A stretch of DNA of 64,000 bases from an uncultured Clostridium sp. (GTDB lineage Bacteria > Bacillota > Clostridia > TANB77 > CAG-508), in contig CAMMVE010000004.1 of assembly GCA_946500265.1 (NCBI GenBank), positions 7,739 through 71,738 on the forward strand, given 5' to 3'. Positions 39,833 to 51,389 of the stretch are shown here, in pieces. Made by a program: the position numbers and the translations under genes. Below the pieces are notes generated by a model. It saw only the letters and a list, made by a program, of their open reading frames with translations. It was not told the origin of the DNA and searched no databases. Numbering within the stretch: position 1 is the stretch's first letter; the number at the start of each line of letters is the position of its first letter.

Positions 39833-40813
39833 TTACAATAAATCCCTTGGCTCATTTAAATGTGAATTAGTTTCTTTTGTCTCATTATATCTTTCTATAA
39901 AATATAATGGACGTCCTTTTGTTTCATAAAATGCTCTTCCCAAATATTCACCTATTACTCCTAAGAATATAAGCTGTATTCCTCCCAAGAATAATATTAC
40001 TACCATTGTAGAGGCATACCCCGGTACTTCTACTCCAGAAACTAAAGTTTTTATTATAATATACAACATGTAAATAAATCCTACAATAGAAACAATTACT
40101 CCTATAATGGCTGACCATCTTAATGGTGATGTAGTAAATGATGTAATTCCATCTATTGATAAATCCACTAATTTTTTATAATTCCATTTTGTTTTTCCTG
40201 CAGCTCTAGGGTCTCTATCATATAAAATTTCTTTTTTATTATATCCTATCCAACTAAATAAACCTTTTGTATATCTTTGAGACTCTCTTATAGATTTTAG
40301 TGCTTCAACACATCTTCTATCTAATAATCTAAAATCCCCAGTGTCTTTTTGGATTTGTATTTTTGTAAATGCTTGTAAAACTTTATAATACATTGTAGAA
40401 GTAAATTTCTTTAGCCAACTCTCACCTTTTCTTGACCTTCTTTTTGCATATACATCATCATATCCTTCTTCCCAGTATTTTAACATTTCTGGTATTAATT
40501 CTGGTGGATCTTGTAAATCAGCATCTATTATAACTACAGCATCTCCTTTGCAATAGTCAAGGCCTGCTATCATTGCAGTCTCTTTTCCAAAATTTCTAGA
40601 AAGATTTAAATAACATACTCTTTTATCTTTTTCTCTCAATTCTTGCATTATTTTAAGTGAATCATCTTTACTTCCATCATTTACTAATAATATTTCAAAA
40701 TCATATTTTGAATTTTCATCCATCAATTTTTTTAGCCTGTCATATAGCATGTATAAGACTTCTTGTTCATTATAGGCAGGTACAAGTATTGTTACTAATT
40801 TTTTTTCTTCCAT
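39833..40813 (-). CDS. GT2 glycosyltransferase (GtrB/YkoT-like)
   Basis: VNDGSKD, SRNFGKE, DADLQDPP, two C-terminal TMs. Confidence 0.92.
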   Translation of the reverse strand: MEEKKLVTILVPAYNEQEVLYMLYDRLKKLMDENSKYDFEILLVNDGSKDDSLKIMQELREKDKRVCYLNLSRNFGKETAMIAGLDYCKGDAVVIIDADLQDPPELIPEMLKYWEEGYDDVYAKRRSRKGESWLKKFTSTMYYKVLQAFTKIQIQKDTGDFRLLDRRCVEALKSIRESQRYTKGLFSWIGYNKKEILYDRDPRAAGKTKWNYKKLVDLSIDGITSFTTSPLRWSAIIGVIVSIVGFIYMLYIIIKTLVSGVEVPGYASTMVVILFLGGIQLIFLGVIGEYLGRAFYETKGRPLYFIERYNETKETNSHLNEPRDLL

Positions 40814-40891
40814 AAAAAAACTATTCCTTCCTAATATATTTTGCTATTTTAAGCACCTATATATTATCACAAATAGAAGAAATAGTAAATA

Positions 40892-41737
40892 TTACTTGCT
40901 TATTTTTATATTATTAATCATTCTATATGTCTTGCAAATGTTACATTCAGTACATATCTTTATTCTATTTTCGAATATTAATTTTAGAGTATTTATAAAT
41001 TCATCTTCTTCATTTATAATGTGCACTTCAATTTTGCTTGGTAATATGCTAAGCAAAGTATTTAATGCAATATCATTTGAAGAAAAAGTAATATCTGATA
41101 GGTATTTTGCATTGTTTATATTACAGTCAATTTGAATAATGTTTTTATCTTTATCAAGTAGAATTGATTCTCCATTTACATATATCAAATGAATTATTTC
41201 CATTTTGGATTCAGATGTATTAACAAATATTTTTAGCAGATTAATAAATTCTTTGTATTCTTTTTCTATAATATACTTATTTACTGACATATCAACTATG
41301 TTATCTATTAATTTTATATATTCATTTATTCTAAAATTTGCTACTCCTTCTAGCACTATGTTCCTATTATCTTTAATATATGCTTTTATCTCTTTAAATA
41401 GAGTTTCTTTTATTTCAAATTTATCTTGTTTCAAAAATTCTACACAATTTTCAAATATAATATTTCTCTCGAAATCGTCGAAGTAAAAATAATTTATATT
41501 AATTATCCTTTTTATTATTTTTTCTTGATAAAATTCTAGTATAGTATCTAAAATCAAATTAGCTACTATATTTTCAAATTTTTCTATATTACTATCCTTA
41601 TAATGGATTATTACATTTTCGTATATTTTAAAAGATTTATGACAATAATATATATCAGGGAAATCTATATTCAAAAATTTATTTAGTAGATATTCTATTA
41701 TTTTTTCATTATCTGTTTTTATGCAATATGACTTCAT
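40892..41737 (-). CDS. ytxC: Putative sporulation protein YtxC
   Basis: LEGVANFRI..Y, EKEYKEFINLLK.FV, LLSILPSKI. Confidence 0.8.
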   Translation of the reverse strand: MKSYCIKTDNEKIIEYLLNKFLNIDFPDIYYCHKSFKIYENVIIHYKDSNIEKFENIVANLILDTILEFYQEKIIKRIININYFYFDDFERNIIFENCVEFLKQDKFEIKETLFKEIKAYIKDNRNIVLEGVANFRINEYIKLIDNIVDMSVNKYIIEKEYKEFINLLKIFVNTSESKMEIIHLIYVNGESILLDKDKNIIQIDCNINNAKYLSDITFSSNDIALNTLLSILPSKIEVHIINEEDEFINTLKLIFENRIKICTECNICKTYRMINNIKISK

Positions 41738-41839
41738 TTAGGAATTGCTCCTTTCTTACTTTATATATTATCTACTAAATTTCTATTAGATATACATATT
41801 TTATTCCATTTTTTTATAAATGTGCTAGGTTACTATTAT

Positions 41840-42187
41840 CTATCTTACCCAAACCATATCAATGCCACCTTTTAAATTATATACCTCTTCATATCCTAAA
41901 TTTTCTAAAATTCTTTTTGCTTCTCTACTCCTACCTCCACTAGAGCAATATAATATTATTATATCTGTTTTATTTTTCACATAATTTCCAATTTGTTTTT
42001 CAATATTATATAGAGAAATATTAATCGCTCCATCTAAATGTCCTTCTTCATATTCTTGATTACTTCGTACATCTATTAAATAAACTGTTTTATTTTTCAT
42101 AAGCTCTTTTAAATTTTTGTATGATATTTCTTTATTCTCTATGCTTCTATAAAATATTCTTTTAATTTTCTTTATCATTTTCTCCAC
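41840..42187 (-). CDS. Rhodanese-like protein
   Basis: LIDVR...EYEEGHLDGA, YCSSGGRS, NLKGG. Confidence 0.9.
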   Translation of the reverse strand: MEKMIKKIKRIFYRSIENKEISYKNLKELMKNKTVYLIDVRSNQEYEEGHLDGAINISLYNIEKQIGNYVKNKTDIIILYCSSGGRSREAKRILENLGYEEVYNLKGGIDMVWVR

Positions 42188-42240
42188 ATCCTAAAAAGAT
42201 ATTACTAATGTATAATATTAATAATATCTTTTTTTGTTAC

Positions 42241-42283
42241 ATGAAACGTGGGAACACATTAAAATGTGTCCCCAGTGTTTCAT
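42241..42283. repeat. REP-like GGGGACA palindrome, family A
   Basis: atgaaac...aatgtgtcccc...gtttcat; similar at 45262 and 55618. Confidence 0.7.
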
Positions 42284-42333
42284 TTTCTATCATAAAAAAA
42301 CTTGGGAGCAGCCCCAAGTTTCATAAATAAAAT

Positions 42334-42990
42334 CTATTTTCTTTTAGTCTCTGATGCTTTTTCAAGCCCAGCTTCATTTTTTATTCCTAATACTGTAACT
42401 ACTATTACAAACGCAGCTAATCCAAGTGGAACAATAATTCTATTTACAGGATATCTAGTTATTGCTATTATGCTAAGTAATAATAGCTCTACTGCTACAA
42501 TTGAAATAATGTAAGTTAATAAAGTTTTAACTACTCCAAGTTTTCTATATCTAATAGCAACATAGACTAAAATTAGTGCTGCACTTATTCCTATCCACAA
42601 TGCATAAGGAATAACTACACTAGATAACCTCACTTTTGGATTATGTGTTATTTGAACATCGTCACTTGTAATTTCCAATTCATATTTTTCGTTTATTTTT
42701 GCAGTTAGCTCTTCAACTTTACTGTCTAACTCTTCTTCTGTTCTTGTATCTGGTATTGTTATAGCTACCATATCTCCAAATACTTCTATTTGTTGTATTA
42801 TATTTTTTTCATCAGGAAAAACTTCATTTACTAGATTTTCCATATCATTCATGTTAAAAGTTTTACCTAGATATACATCAATTTCAACATTCTTACTATA
42901 AATCAAATCTGCATTTAACCCAATTGTTGGTATAATTATAATTCCAGCTATAATGATACATATTAGGATTATATATACTATCTTCTTCAT
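42334..42990 (-). CDS. secF: Short SecF-like protein
   Basis: Follows secD-like gene; IAIRY motif; only ~4 TMs. Confidence 0.55.
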   Translation of the reverse strand: MKKIVYIILICIIIAGIIIIPTIGLNADLIYSKNVEIDVYLGKTFNMNDMENLVNEVFPDEKNIIQQIEVFGDMVAITIPDTRTEEELDSKVEELTAKINEKYELEITSDDVQITHNPKVRLSSVVIPYALWIGISAALILVYVAIRYRKLGVVKTLLTYIISIVAVELLLLSIIAITRYPVNRIIVPLGLAAFVIVVTVLGIKNEAGLEKASETKRK

Positions 42991-43037
42991 TTTTAATATC
43001 GTTCCTTTCTTAAATGTTTACAATAAACTTTTACATC

Positions 43038-44387
43038 TTATACTTTATTTTTATTGCTATTTAAAAATAAGCATCTTGTTATAACTGCATTGTATATTGC
43101 AGATATGAACATTCCCCAGAATACTATTGTTCCAAAACTAATAGCTGGTAGCCATGTTGCAAAACTAAATACTACACCAATTATCATAGTTGGCACTAGA
43201 ACTAATAATATTTGTACAAAGGATTTATTGAATGTATTTTTGTAATCTGCAACATCTGCTTTCTTTAATCTTTCTGATAAATATACTAGAAGTATATAAT
43301 TTAAGATTCCAAGAAGTACTATTCCAGCTATACCTTCTATTGTAAATACTACATTTGTAAGCCTTAAAACTATTAATAAAAGTGCTATATATCCAATAAA
43401 AGATATAATTCCAAATAAACCTATTTTTTTGTATCTTACTATTAATACTATAAATGCTATTGCTATTAGAAGTACTGCTCCTATTACTATTGCAGGTATA
43501 ATTCCATCTTCTAAACTCAAATCTGATTTTATAAATCTATTTTGATCTAATTGAACTTCATATGGTATTGTTCCATCTTCTAATAGAATGACAATAGTTG
43601 CACCTTGATTTAAATATGCATTTATTGTACTTGTATTTGTGCTTTCACCTAAAGACAATTCCCACACACCATCAGTTATTTCATTTTCAAAAGTATGTGT
43701 TTGTAATTCTGAACCATCTATTTTTACACTTACACTTTTTGTTGTATCTTCTCCTTCTTCATTTGTAGAAGCTACATATGTGTTTGAAATTTCTTTTAGC
43801 TTTTGGATAGCATCTTCTTTCATTTCAAGTGTTAAATAAACTTCTGTATAGCCTGTATTTAATGTTCTATATCCGACAGATATATCTTTTAGATTTGAGC
43901 TATCTAATAAAACTTGTCCATCTTCATCTTCTACAGTCATCATTCCTCTACTATATAAAAACTGTGTAGCCATATCAGTCATATCATCTTCTGGTATGTA
44001 GAAAGTAATTTCTCCACTATTTTCATTAAGTCTAGTAATATATTCTTCTATACCTAAAGCTTTCAACCTTGCTTCCATTATATCTTTAGCTTTATTATAA
44101 TTATCTTTTGTCAAAACATCTTCACCATTTATAGGAACTTGCTCACTAGTTCCATCCTCTGCTGCTTCTTCTACTACATTTCCATCCTTGTCATAATAAA
44201 CAGTTTCTGTTTCGTTACTTGGAGACAATGTAACTGCTCTATATCCTCTTAAATCCATTCCCAATTTATATTCTGGAATTATATTTTCCATAAAATTTGC
44301 ATTTTGCACAAAAATCCCTGCAAAAGATATCATTGATAATAATATGATTAATAGTATTATTAAAGTTATTTTTAGTCTTCTATCCAT
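43038..44387 (-). CDS. secD: SecD-like protein
   Basis: YKLGMDLRG, RLKALGI, periplasmic-type loop plus 5 C-terminal TMs. Confidence 0.7.
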   Translation of the reverse strand: MDRRLKITLIILLIILLSMISFAGIFVQNANFMENIIPEYKLGMDLRGYRAVTLSPSNETETVYYDKDGNVVEEAAEDGTSEQVPINGEDVLTKDNYNKAKDIMEARLKALGIEEYITRLNENSGEITFYIPEDDMTDMATQFLYSRGMMTVEDEDGQVLLDSSNLKDISVGYRTLNTGYTEVYLTLEMKEDAIQKLKEISNTYVASTNEEGEDTTKSVSVKIDGSELQTHTFENEITDGVWELSLGESTNTSTINAYLNQGATIVILLEDGTIPYEVQLDQNRFIKSDLSLEDGIIPAIVIGAVLLIAIAFIVLIVRYKKIGLFGIISFIGYIALLLIVLRLTNVVFTIEGIAGIVLLGILNYILLVYLSERLKKADVADYKNTFNKSFVQILLVLVPTMIIGVVFSFATWLPAISFGTIVFWGMFISAIYNAVITRCLFLNSNKNKV

Positions 44388-44516
44388 TTTTTACATATCC
44401 TTTCTGTTTTCAATTGATTTCTAATTAATATTTTTGTATATTTTTATTTTCCATCTTATTTCTTAAATATGTCTTTATAACCATGCTTTATAATTGATTA
44501 ACACTTTATCGCACTT

Positions 44517-45176
44517 TTATAGAAGTTTTGTATCGTTAATAATTAACTCAAACCAGATTCCTAAAAATTTTGCAGCATGCTTACTCATCATAGTTCTGTC
44601 CATAAAAATTTCAAAATAATCAAGCACTGGAGATATTCTAGTATCTATTGTTAAATTTAATGTGGCTTTTTTCTCTTCTTTACTTATAAAAAAGTCTGCA
44701 TTTGTAACTGCATAATTTACCTTATCATGTTTATCAAATGTTGATATGTTTTTATTTACAACTCTTGACCTATGAACATCTGACTTATCCGCCAATATTA
44801 AAGCTGCTGAAATATCACTTACAGCTGTGCCCGTTTGTTCATCATGGTTTCCTATAGCCATCATTATTTCAGTTCTTTTTTCTGCATCCATTCCCATTCC
44901 TTTAAGAATTTGATAAGAAAGTATTGCACCTGAATGCGCATGGTCTACCCTATTTACGCAATTTCCAATATCGTGCATATATCCAGCGATTTTGGCAAGT
45001 TCTATTCTATCTTCTGGATATCCAAGAGTTTCTAACACCTCCGCCGCACGATTTGCTACCATAGTAACATGTCTTAGTGAATGCTCTGTATATCCTAATG
45101 CATTCATTTGTTTTTGCGCACCTTCTACAAGAGTTTTCACTTCAATATTATTTTTAACATCTTCAAAAGTAATCAT
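44517..45176 (-). CDS. HD-domain phosphohydrolase
   Basis: TEHS..H, HDIGN, NHDE, ADKSD. Confidence 0.9.
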   Translation of the reverse strand: MITFEDVKNNIEVKTLVEGAQKQMNALGYTEHSLRHVTMVANRAAEVLETLGYPEDRIELAKIAGYMHDIGNCVNRVDHAHSGAILSYQILKGMGMDAEKRTEIMMAIGNHDEQTGTAVSDISAALILADKSDVHRSRVVNKNISTFDKHDKVNYAVTNADFFISKEEKKATLNLTIDTRISPVLDYFEIFMDRTMMSKHAAKFLGIWFELIINDTKLL

Positions 45177-45261
45177 AAAACCTCCATGTTTTATTCTATT
45201 AAGTACTATATGATTTTATCCCAAATTAGCAAAAATATCAACTGTTTTGCAAAAAAAAATC

Positions 45262-45306
45262 AGTGAAACACTAAGGACAGATTTTAATCTGTCCCCGTGT
45301 TTCACT
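45262..45306. repeat. REP-like palindrome, family A
   Basis: agtgaaacac...ggacagatt tt aatctgtcccc gtgtttcact. Confidence 0.75.
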
Positions 45307-45733
45307 AATTTTTCAAATTAACCCCTATTATTCCACCTATCATTCCTGTTATTATTGCCACAATAATCATAATAATAGAATTCAATCCAATGGAAAATCC
45401 TGCACCAAATATACTAGATAAAATATAAAGTGTTATTGCATAAATCAGACCAACTAAAGCTCCATTCATAAGTCCTTTTTTCTTTATACTGATACTACTC
45501 ATTGAACTACCAATTAATATACTAATTCCTGTGATTACTAAAACTACTGGCACCATTGTATTTTCTGAAACGTTTGTAAAAGATAGAACAGCTGCATATA
45601 CAGTTAAGAAAATCAAACTTAATATAATTGCTATAATAGCTCCTTTTATTACATTTATAATATTTTTATTTTTTTCTTTTGAAATGTCATCTATCTTTTT
45701 CTCTTTCACCAAATTACTAACATTACTAATCAT
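45305..45733 (-). CDS. TIGR04086-family membrane protein
   Basis: Four TMs, KKKGLMNGALVG motif, tgt-secD synteny. Confidence 0.8.
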   Translation of the reverse strand: MISNVSNLVKEKKIDDISKEKNKNIINVIKGAIIAIILSLIFLTVYAAVLSFTNVSENTMVPVVLVITGISILIGSSMSSISIKKKGLMNGALVGLIYAITLYILSSIFGAGFSIGLNSIIMIIVAIITGMIGGIIGVNLKN

Positions 45734-45845
45734 ACACTATATCATTCCTTTCAAGTATTCAAAACTTTTTTAAGTTTCTTTCATTTTAGTAATATATATT
45801 CTTTTAATAATCATTTTAGAACTTTGTGTCTCACTGTTAAACAAT

Positions 45846-45883
45846 AATTTGGACAAATGGAAGAGTCCCACTTTGTCCAAATT
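45846..45883 (-). terminator. Intrinsic terminator
   Basis: aatttggacaaa/tttgtccaaatt stem. Confidence 0.6.
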
Positions 45884-45890
45884 TTATTTT

Positions 45891-47423
45891 TTATTCTGTT
45901 GTAGTTGTATTTGTCACCACTTCGTTCTGAGCAGGAGTATTTGTACTTACAGTATTTGTGTCTACAGTATTCGATGTTATTGTATTTGCATCTGCTATCA
46001 CATTGGCATCTACTACTGTATTTCCATCTACTGTATTTGTATTCAACTCAGGAGTTGCTGGTTCATCAAGTATTTGCTCCTCAAAGTACTGGTCTACATC
46101 GTACGTATGCTCTACTTCAACTATTTCTCCATCTTGTTCTTGTGGCATATTAAATGTCATAGAATACTTGTCTTGTCCATTTATTACTTGGAAATATACT
46201 GCATTTAATATCATTGGTACATATTCTTCGCCTGTTGTATCTACAATTGCGTATTTATCTTCTTTTCCAACAACAATTGCTTCATATTGAGGTATTGTTA
46301 AAACATTACTTGCACTTGCTGCAGCATTTCTTCCTACTAAACAACCCATTGAATCATATTCTATAGGTAATATTAATTGGCCATTTATATTGTATAAGCC
46401 CCATTTCTTGTTTTGATACACGGGTATACATTTCTCATATAGCACGTATGGATTTTCAAGTCCATTTGAATTGAAATTATCTGCATTTACACCTATCTGA
46501 TCATATTCAAGGTGAATTACTATATTTCCATTGTGATTAATAACTCCATATTTATTACCATCACTTACCAAATAGTAATTAAGGTCTCTACTTATTTGTT
46601 TTATTTCTGTATAATTTGGTTCTATCTTAGTTGTACCATCATTTGATAAAATTCCCATTCTGCCTTCTTCAGTTCTAACTGTAAATTCTTGGCTATCCTC
46701 TTTAAACTGTATACTTGTATATTTTGCGCCTATAATTTCTCTATTGTCTGCACTATATACTCCATAATAATTGTTTGCATCTCTAACAACTACTAAATCA
46801 TATCTTAATGCTTTTTTATTATTAAAATCTACATTATCATTTGCAACTGCAGAATTTGGAAATTCTGTAGCATAATAGTCTGATAAATAGTCAAGTGAAA
46901 CTACAGAGATTTGGTTGTTAGCTGCATTATATTGTATTAAACAATTAGTGCCAATTTCTATTCCTTCTTCTATAACAAATAGCTCTCCATCAATTAATTT
47001 AACTGGTTCACTTAATTCAAAATATTCATAGTCCTCATTTGTAGGAACTTTTTTATAAATAGTATTTGAATTTAAAGAAAACGAAGCAACTTCATCAGTA
47101 CTACTCAAATAACAGTCTGTAGTTGTTTCTGTATATTTGCTATCTTTATAGTCACCATTATATGCTGTATAACCCATTAATTCTCCAAACTTTTTAATGG
47201 CAACATATACTTTGTCTCCTTCAATAGAAAACATACTTTCATCATATGTTGCAGACTTACCGTCTACACTAAATTTCATTGTATTTTTTTGTATTTCGCT
47301 CATCATATATAATATAACAACACATACGACTATCAGCAATACAATTAAGACTGAAATAATAATCATAAGCCTTTTTGAATTTTTACTTCTTCTTACAGCC
47401 TCATCATTTTCTAATAAATTCAT
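45891..47423 (-). CDS. Membrane-anchored WG-repeat protein
   Basis: N-terminal TM; repeated KYGVI/KWGLY...I.P.Y.. units; ATG 47423. Confidence 0.7.
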   Translation of the reverse strand: MNLLENDEAVRRSKNSKRLMIIISVLIVLLIVVCVVILYMMSEIQKNTMKFSVDGKSATYDESMFSIEGDKVYVAIKKFGELMGYTAYNGDYKDSKYTETTTDCYLSSTDEVASFSLNSNTIYKKVPTNEDYEYFELSEPVKLIDGELFVIEEGIEIGTNCLIQYNAANNQISVVSLDYLSDYYATEFPNSAVANDNVDFNNKKALRYDLVVVRDANNYYGVYSADNREIIGAKYTSIQFKEDSQEFTVRTEEGRMGILSNDGTTKIEPNYTEIKQISRDLNYYLVSDGNKYGVINHNGNIVIHLEYDQIGVNADNFNSNGLENPYVLYEKCIPVYQNKKWGLYNINGQLILPIEYDSMGCLVGRNAAASASNVLTIPQYEAIVVGKEDKYAIVDTTGEEYVPMILNAVYFQVINGQDKYSMTFNMPQEQDGEIVEVEHTYDVDQYFEEQILDEPATPELNTNTVDGNTVVDANVIADANTITSNTVDTNTVSTNTPAQNEVVTNTTTTE

Positions 47424-47533
47424 ATAAATCCCCCCACTTGTTGGCATTTTTCTTTTTCTTATGTTATTTGTGACCTGTTTGCCTGCCATCAAAATATTCT
47501 TATTTAAACTATTTTACTATAATTATTTGTATT

Positions 47534-48655
<1,122 letters not shown>

Positions 48656-48680
48656 TTAATCCTCCTTAGTCAATAAATAA

Positions 48681-48778
48681 TTGTGTTTTGGCGTTGTTGA
48701 ACTTCACTTCGAAAATCCTCGATGTACACAAAGTACACCTCCGGTTTTCTTGCTCGTTCGCCTAGCCAAAACAACAAT
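48681..48778. repeat. ~98-bp imperfect hairpin between queA and tgt
   Basis: ttgtgttttggc...gccaaaacaacaa outer arms with nested complementary segments. Confidence 0.55.
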
Positions 48779-48817
48779 TCTTTATTAACATTATAAATTT
48801 CTTTAATAAAATTGTTG

Positions 48818-49921
48818 TCACATAATAAACATTGCGTCTCCAAAACTAAAAAATCTATATCTTTCCTTTACTGCTTCATTGTATGCTTTCAAAATATATT
48901 CTTTTCCTGCTAATGCAGATACTAACATTAATAGAGTAGACTGTGGCAAATGGAAATTTGTAATTAAAGCATCTAGGCATTTAAATTTGTAACCTGGATA
49001 TATAAATATCTTTGTATCTCCTTCTGTTTCTTTTACCATTCCGTTTTCATCTGCAATTGTTTCCAATACTCTACATGATGTTGTTCCTACCGCAATTATT
49101 CTTTTTCCATTTTTCTTTGCATTATTTATCTTTTCCACATCTTCTCGCTTTATATAAAAATGTTCCGAATGCATTTCATGATCTTCTACTTTTTCTTCTT
49201 TTACCGGTCTAAATGTTCCTATACCAACATGCAAAGTTACATTTGCTATCTGCACTCCTTTTTCTTCTATTTTTTTCAATAGTTCTGGTGTAAAATGTAG
49301 TCCTGCTGTTGGTGCAGCTGCTGAACCTTCATATCTTGCATAAACTGTTTGATATCTATCTTTTTCTTTTAATTCTTCATGTATATATGGAGGCAAAGGC
49401 ATAAGACCTATTTTGTCCAATATCTCATTGAAAATTCCATTATAGACAAATTTTACTTTTCTTGTTCCCCCAGGCATTATATCTAAAATTTCTGCTTCCA
49501 ATAACGGTTTTGTACCGTTTTTATCATTTTGATTTTTATTAACATCACTATAACCACTATTAGGATTATCATTAGATGTCTCATTGTTTTCATCAAATAG
49601 TACTTTTGTACCAATATGGAGTTTATTTCCTGGCCTTACTATGCACTCCCATATGTCTCCTTCTATGTTGTTTAATAGTAAAAACTCCACATGAGCTCCA
49701 GTTTCTTTTCTTCCATATATACGTGCCGGAATTACTTTTGTATTATTTCTAACCAAGCAGTCTCCTGGTTCTAAATAATCTATTATGTCCTTAAATTTTT
49801 TATGTTCTATTGTTTGTTTATCGCGATTTAATACCATAAGTCTAGATTCGTCCCTTTTTTCAATTGGAACTTGAGCTATCAATTCTTCTGGTAAATTATA
49901 ATCGAAATCTGATACATTCAT
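48818..49921 (-). CDS. queA: SAM:tRNA ribosyltransferase-isomerase
   Basis: [39 protein letters not shown]. Confidence 0.97.
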   Translation of the reverse strand: MNVSDFDYNLPEELIAQVPIEKRDESRLMVLNRDKQTIEHKKFKDIIDYLEPGDCLVRNNTKVIPARIYGRKETGAHVEFLLLNNIEGDIWECIVRPGNKLHIGTKVLFDENNETSNDNPNSGYSDVNKNQNDKNGTKPLLEAEILDIMPGGTRKVKFVYNGIFNEILDKIGLMPLPPYIHEELKEKDRYQTVYARYEGSAAAPTAGLHFTPELLKKIEEKGVQIANVTLHVGIGTFRPVKEEKVEDHEMHSEHFYIKREDVEKINNAKKNGKRIIAVGTTSCRVLETIADENGMVKETEGDTKIFIYPGYKFKCLDALITNFHLPQSTLLMLVSALAGKEYILKAYNEAVKERYRFFSFGDAMFIM

Positions 49922-49939
49922 TATTGTCACTTCCTATTT

Positions 49940-51275
49940 TTAACTACTTTTGAAAAAAACTTTCCCTATTCTATCTATAATACTTCTAATTTCCTCAATG
50001 ATATTATCTGGTTCATCCAAATAATCCAATTCTATTCCATATTCAAAATTACTCTCATGAATTGGTTTTGATGCATATGCAAAATCTGTAAGCCCCATAT
50101 TTGGTGCATTCTCTATTGTGTTTTGCATATAATCTTCATACCATTCCTTAAGACCTTCTGTAGCAGACTCTGTATACCCATATTTTTCATTATCATGCAA
50201 TTTTGCAATTTGATTACCATTTTCCTGTTCGTTTCTCTCTAAAGTGTGCAAAAATTCATGTAAAAATACTTCTTGAGGAAATTTATTGAATATAGAATAT
50301 TCATATATTCCACTATTTCTATTATCTGGTAATCTTATATTGGAAAATCCTATTTGTTTATATTCCATAGAACCGTAGTCCGATCCAGTCATGTACTAAT
50401 ACATTTTCGCTTTTATTTAAGTCTCCTAATCTAACAGCTGCATAAATATAATCGTATTCAGTATCATCAATATAATCTGATATTAATTCATTAATATCGT
50501 TTGGATCTACATAGTATTCATTTTCCTCATCATAAGAAATAGAAGTAAGAGGCTCTGATATTTGAATTATGTCATATGTTATTGTCATTTTTCCATTACT
50601 CATCTCAGGTATTATTTCCTGAAGTCTTCTCATATTTGTTCTAATTGTTGCAATGTCACGAGAAGATAATTCTAGTTCAACTTTTCCAAATCCTTCTACA
50701 TTTGCATCAATATTATTTATTGTAAAACATGCAATGTGCCAGTTTTTATTTGTATCTACTTGAGCTTCTTCTAATTTAATATCTGAAAACCAAGCAGTGC
50801 CTTTTGAAAATTCTTCATATCCTCCTAGTCTAAATCCTATCTCTACAGTTTCTCTATTGTTTGAGTTAAACATAAGTGTAACTTTTTTCCAGTCGTTTGT
50901 GCCTGTTATCGCTTCAGAAGTTTCAGTTGTCCCATTAATAGATATCTGAGCACCTCCAGTATATTTTCCTTCCATGTTCTCTACATTTTCTGTTTTTATC
51001 ATGCAACTCACTTTATATGCAGTATTAGGAGTTACTTTTATTTTCTTGTAGAACATTGCATCATTAAAATTTCTATTCTCTATTTTGTAGCTATCCTCAT
51101 CAGAATATACTATTTTAGAATCCCTTGTGAAGCTGGTTTTTCCAGCTTCACGAATTCCTTTTGTATAATCATAAAAATTATATTTACAATATAAATATTT
51201 AGCAAATAGAATTAGAAATATTATGATTACTATATATACAATAGTAGTTGCTTTTATTTTACCTCTATTATTCAT
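49940..51275 (-). CDS. Membrane-anchored CBM-like + HEXXH metallopeptidase-like protein with +1 shift at CGG (50375-50373)
   Basis: CBM4/9-like domain; HDWIGL-(C)-GSMEYKQ joins ORF 49940-50392 containing HEFLH. Confidence 0.75.
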
Positions 51276-51389
51276 ATTCTCCCTTTCGGTTTACGAAATA
51301 TTATAAGATTATATAAGTTTGCTCAATTTTATAAAATTTAATACTGTTTTTAATAATTTGATTAATCTATTTGCATTATTGTACCATAG

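Noticed and set aside
49500-49600. Asn-rich insertion in QueA
   Set aside because: In-frame low-complexity loop, common and likely neutral
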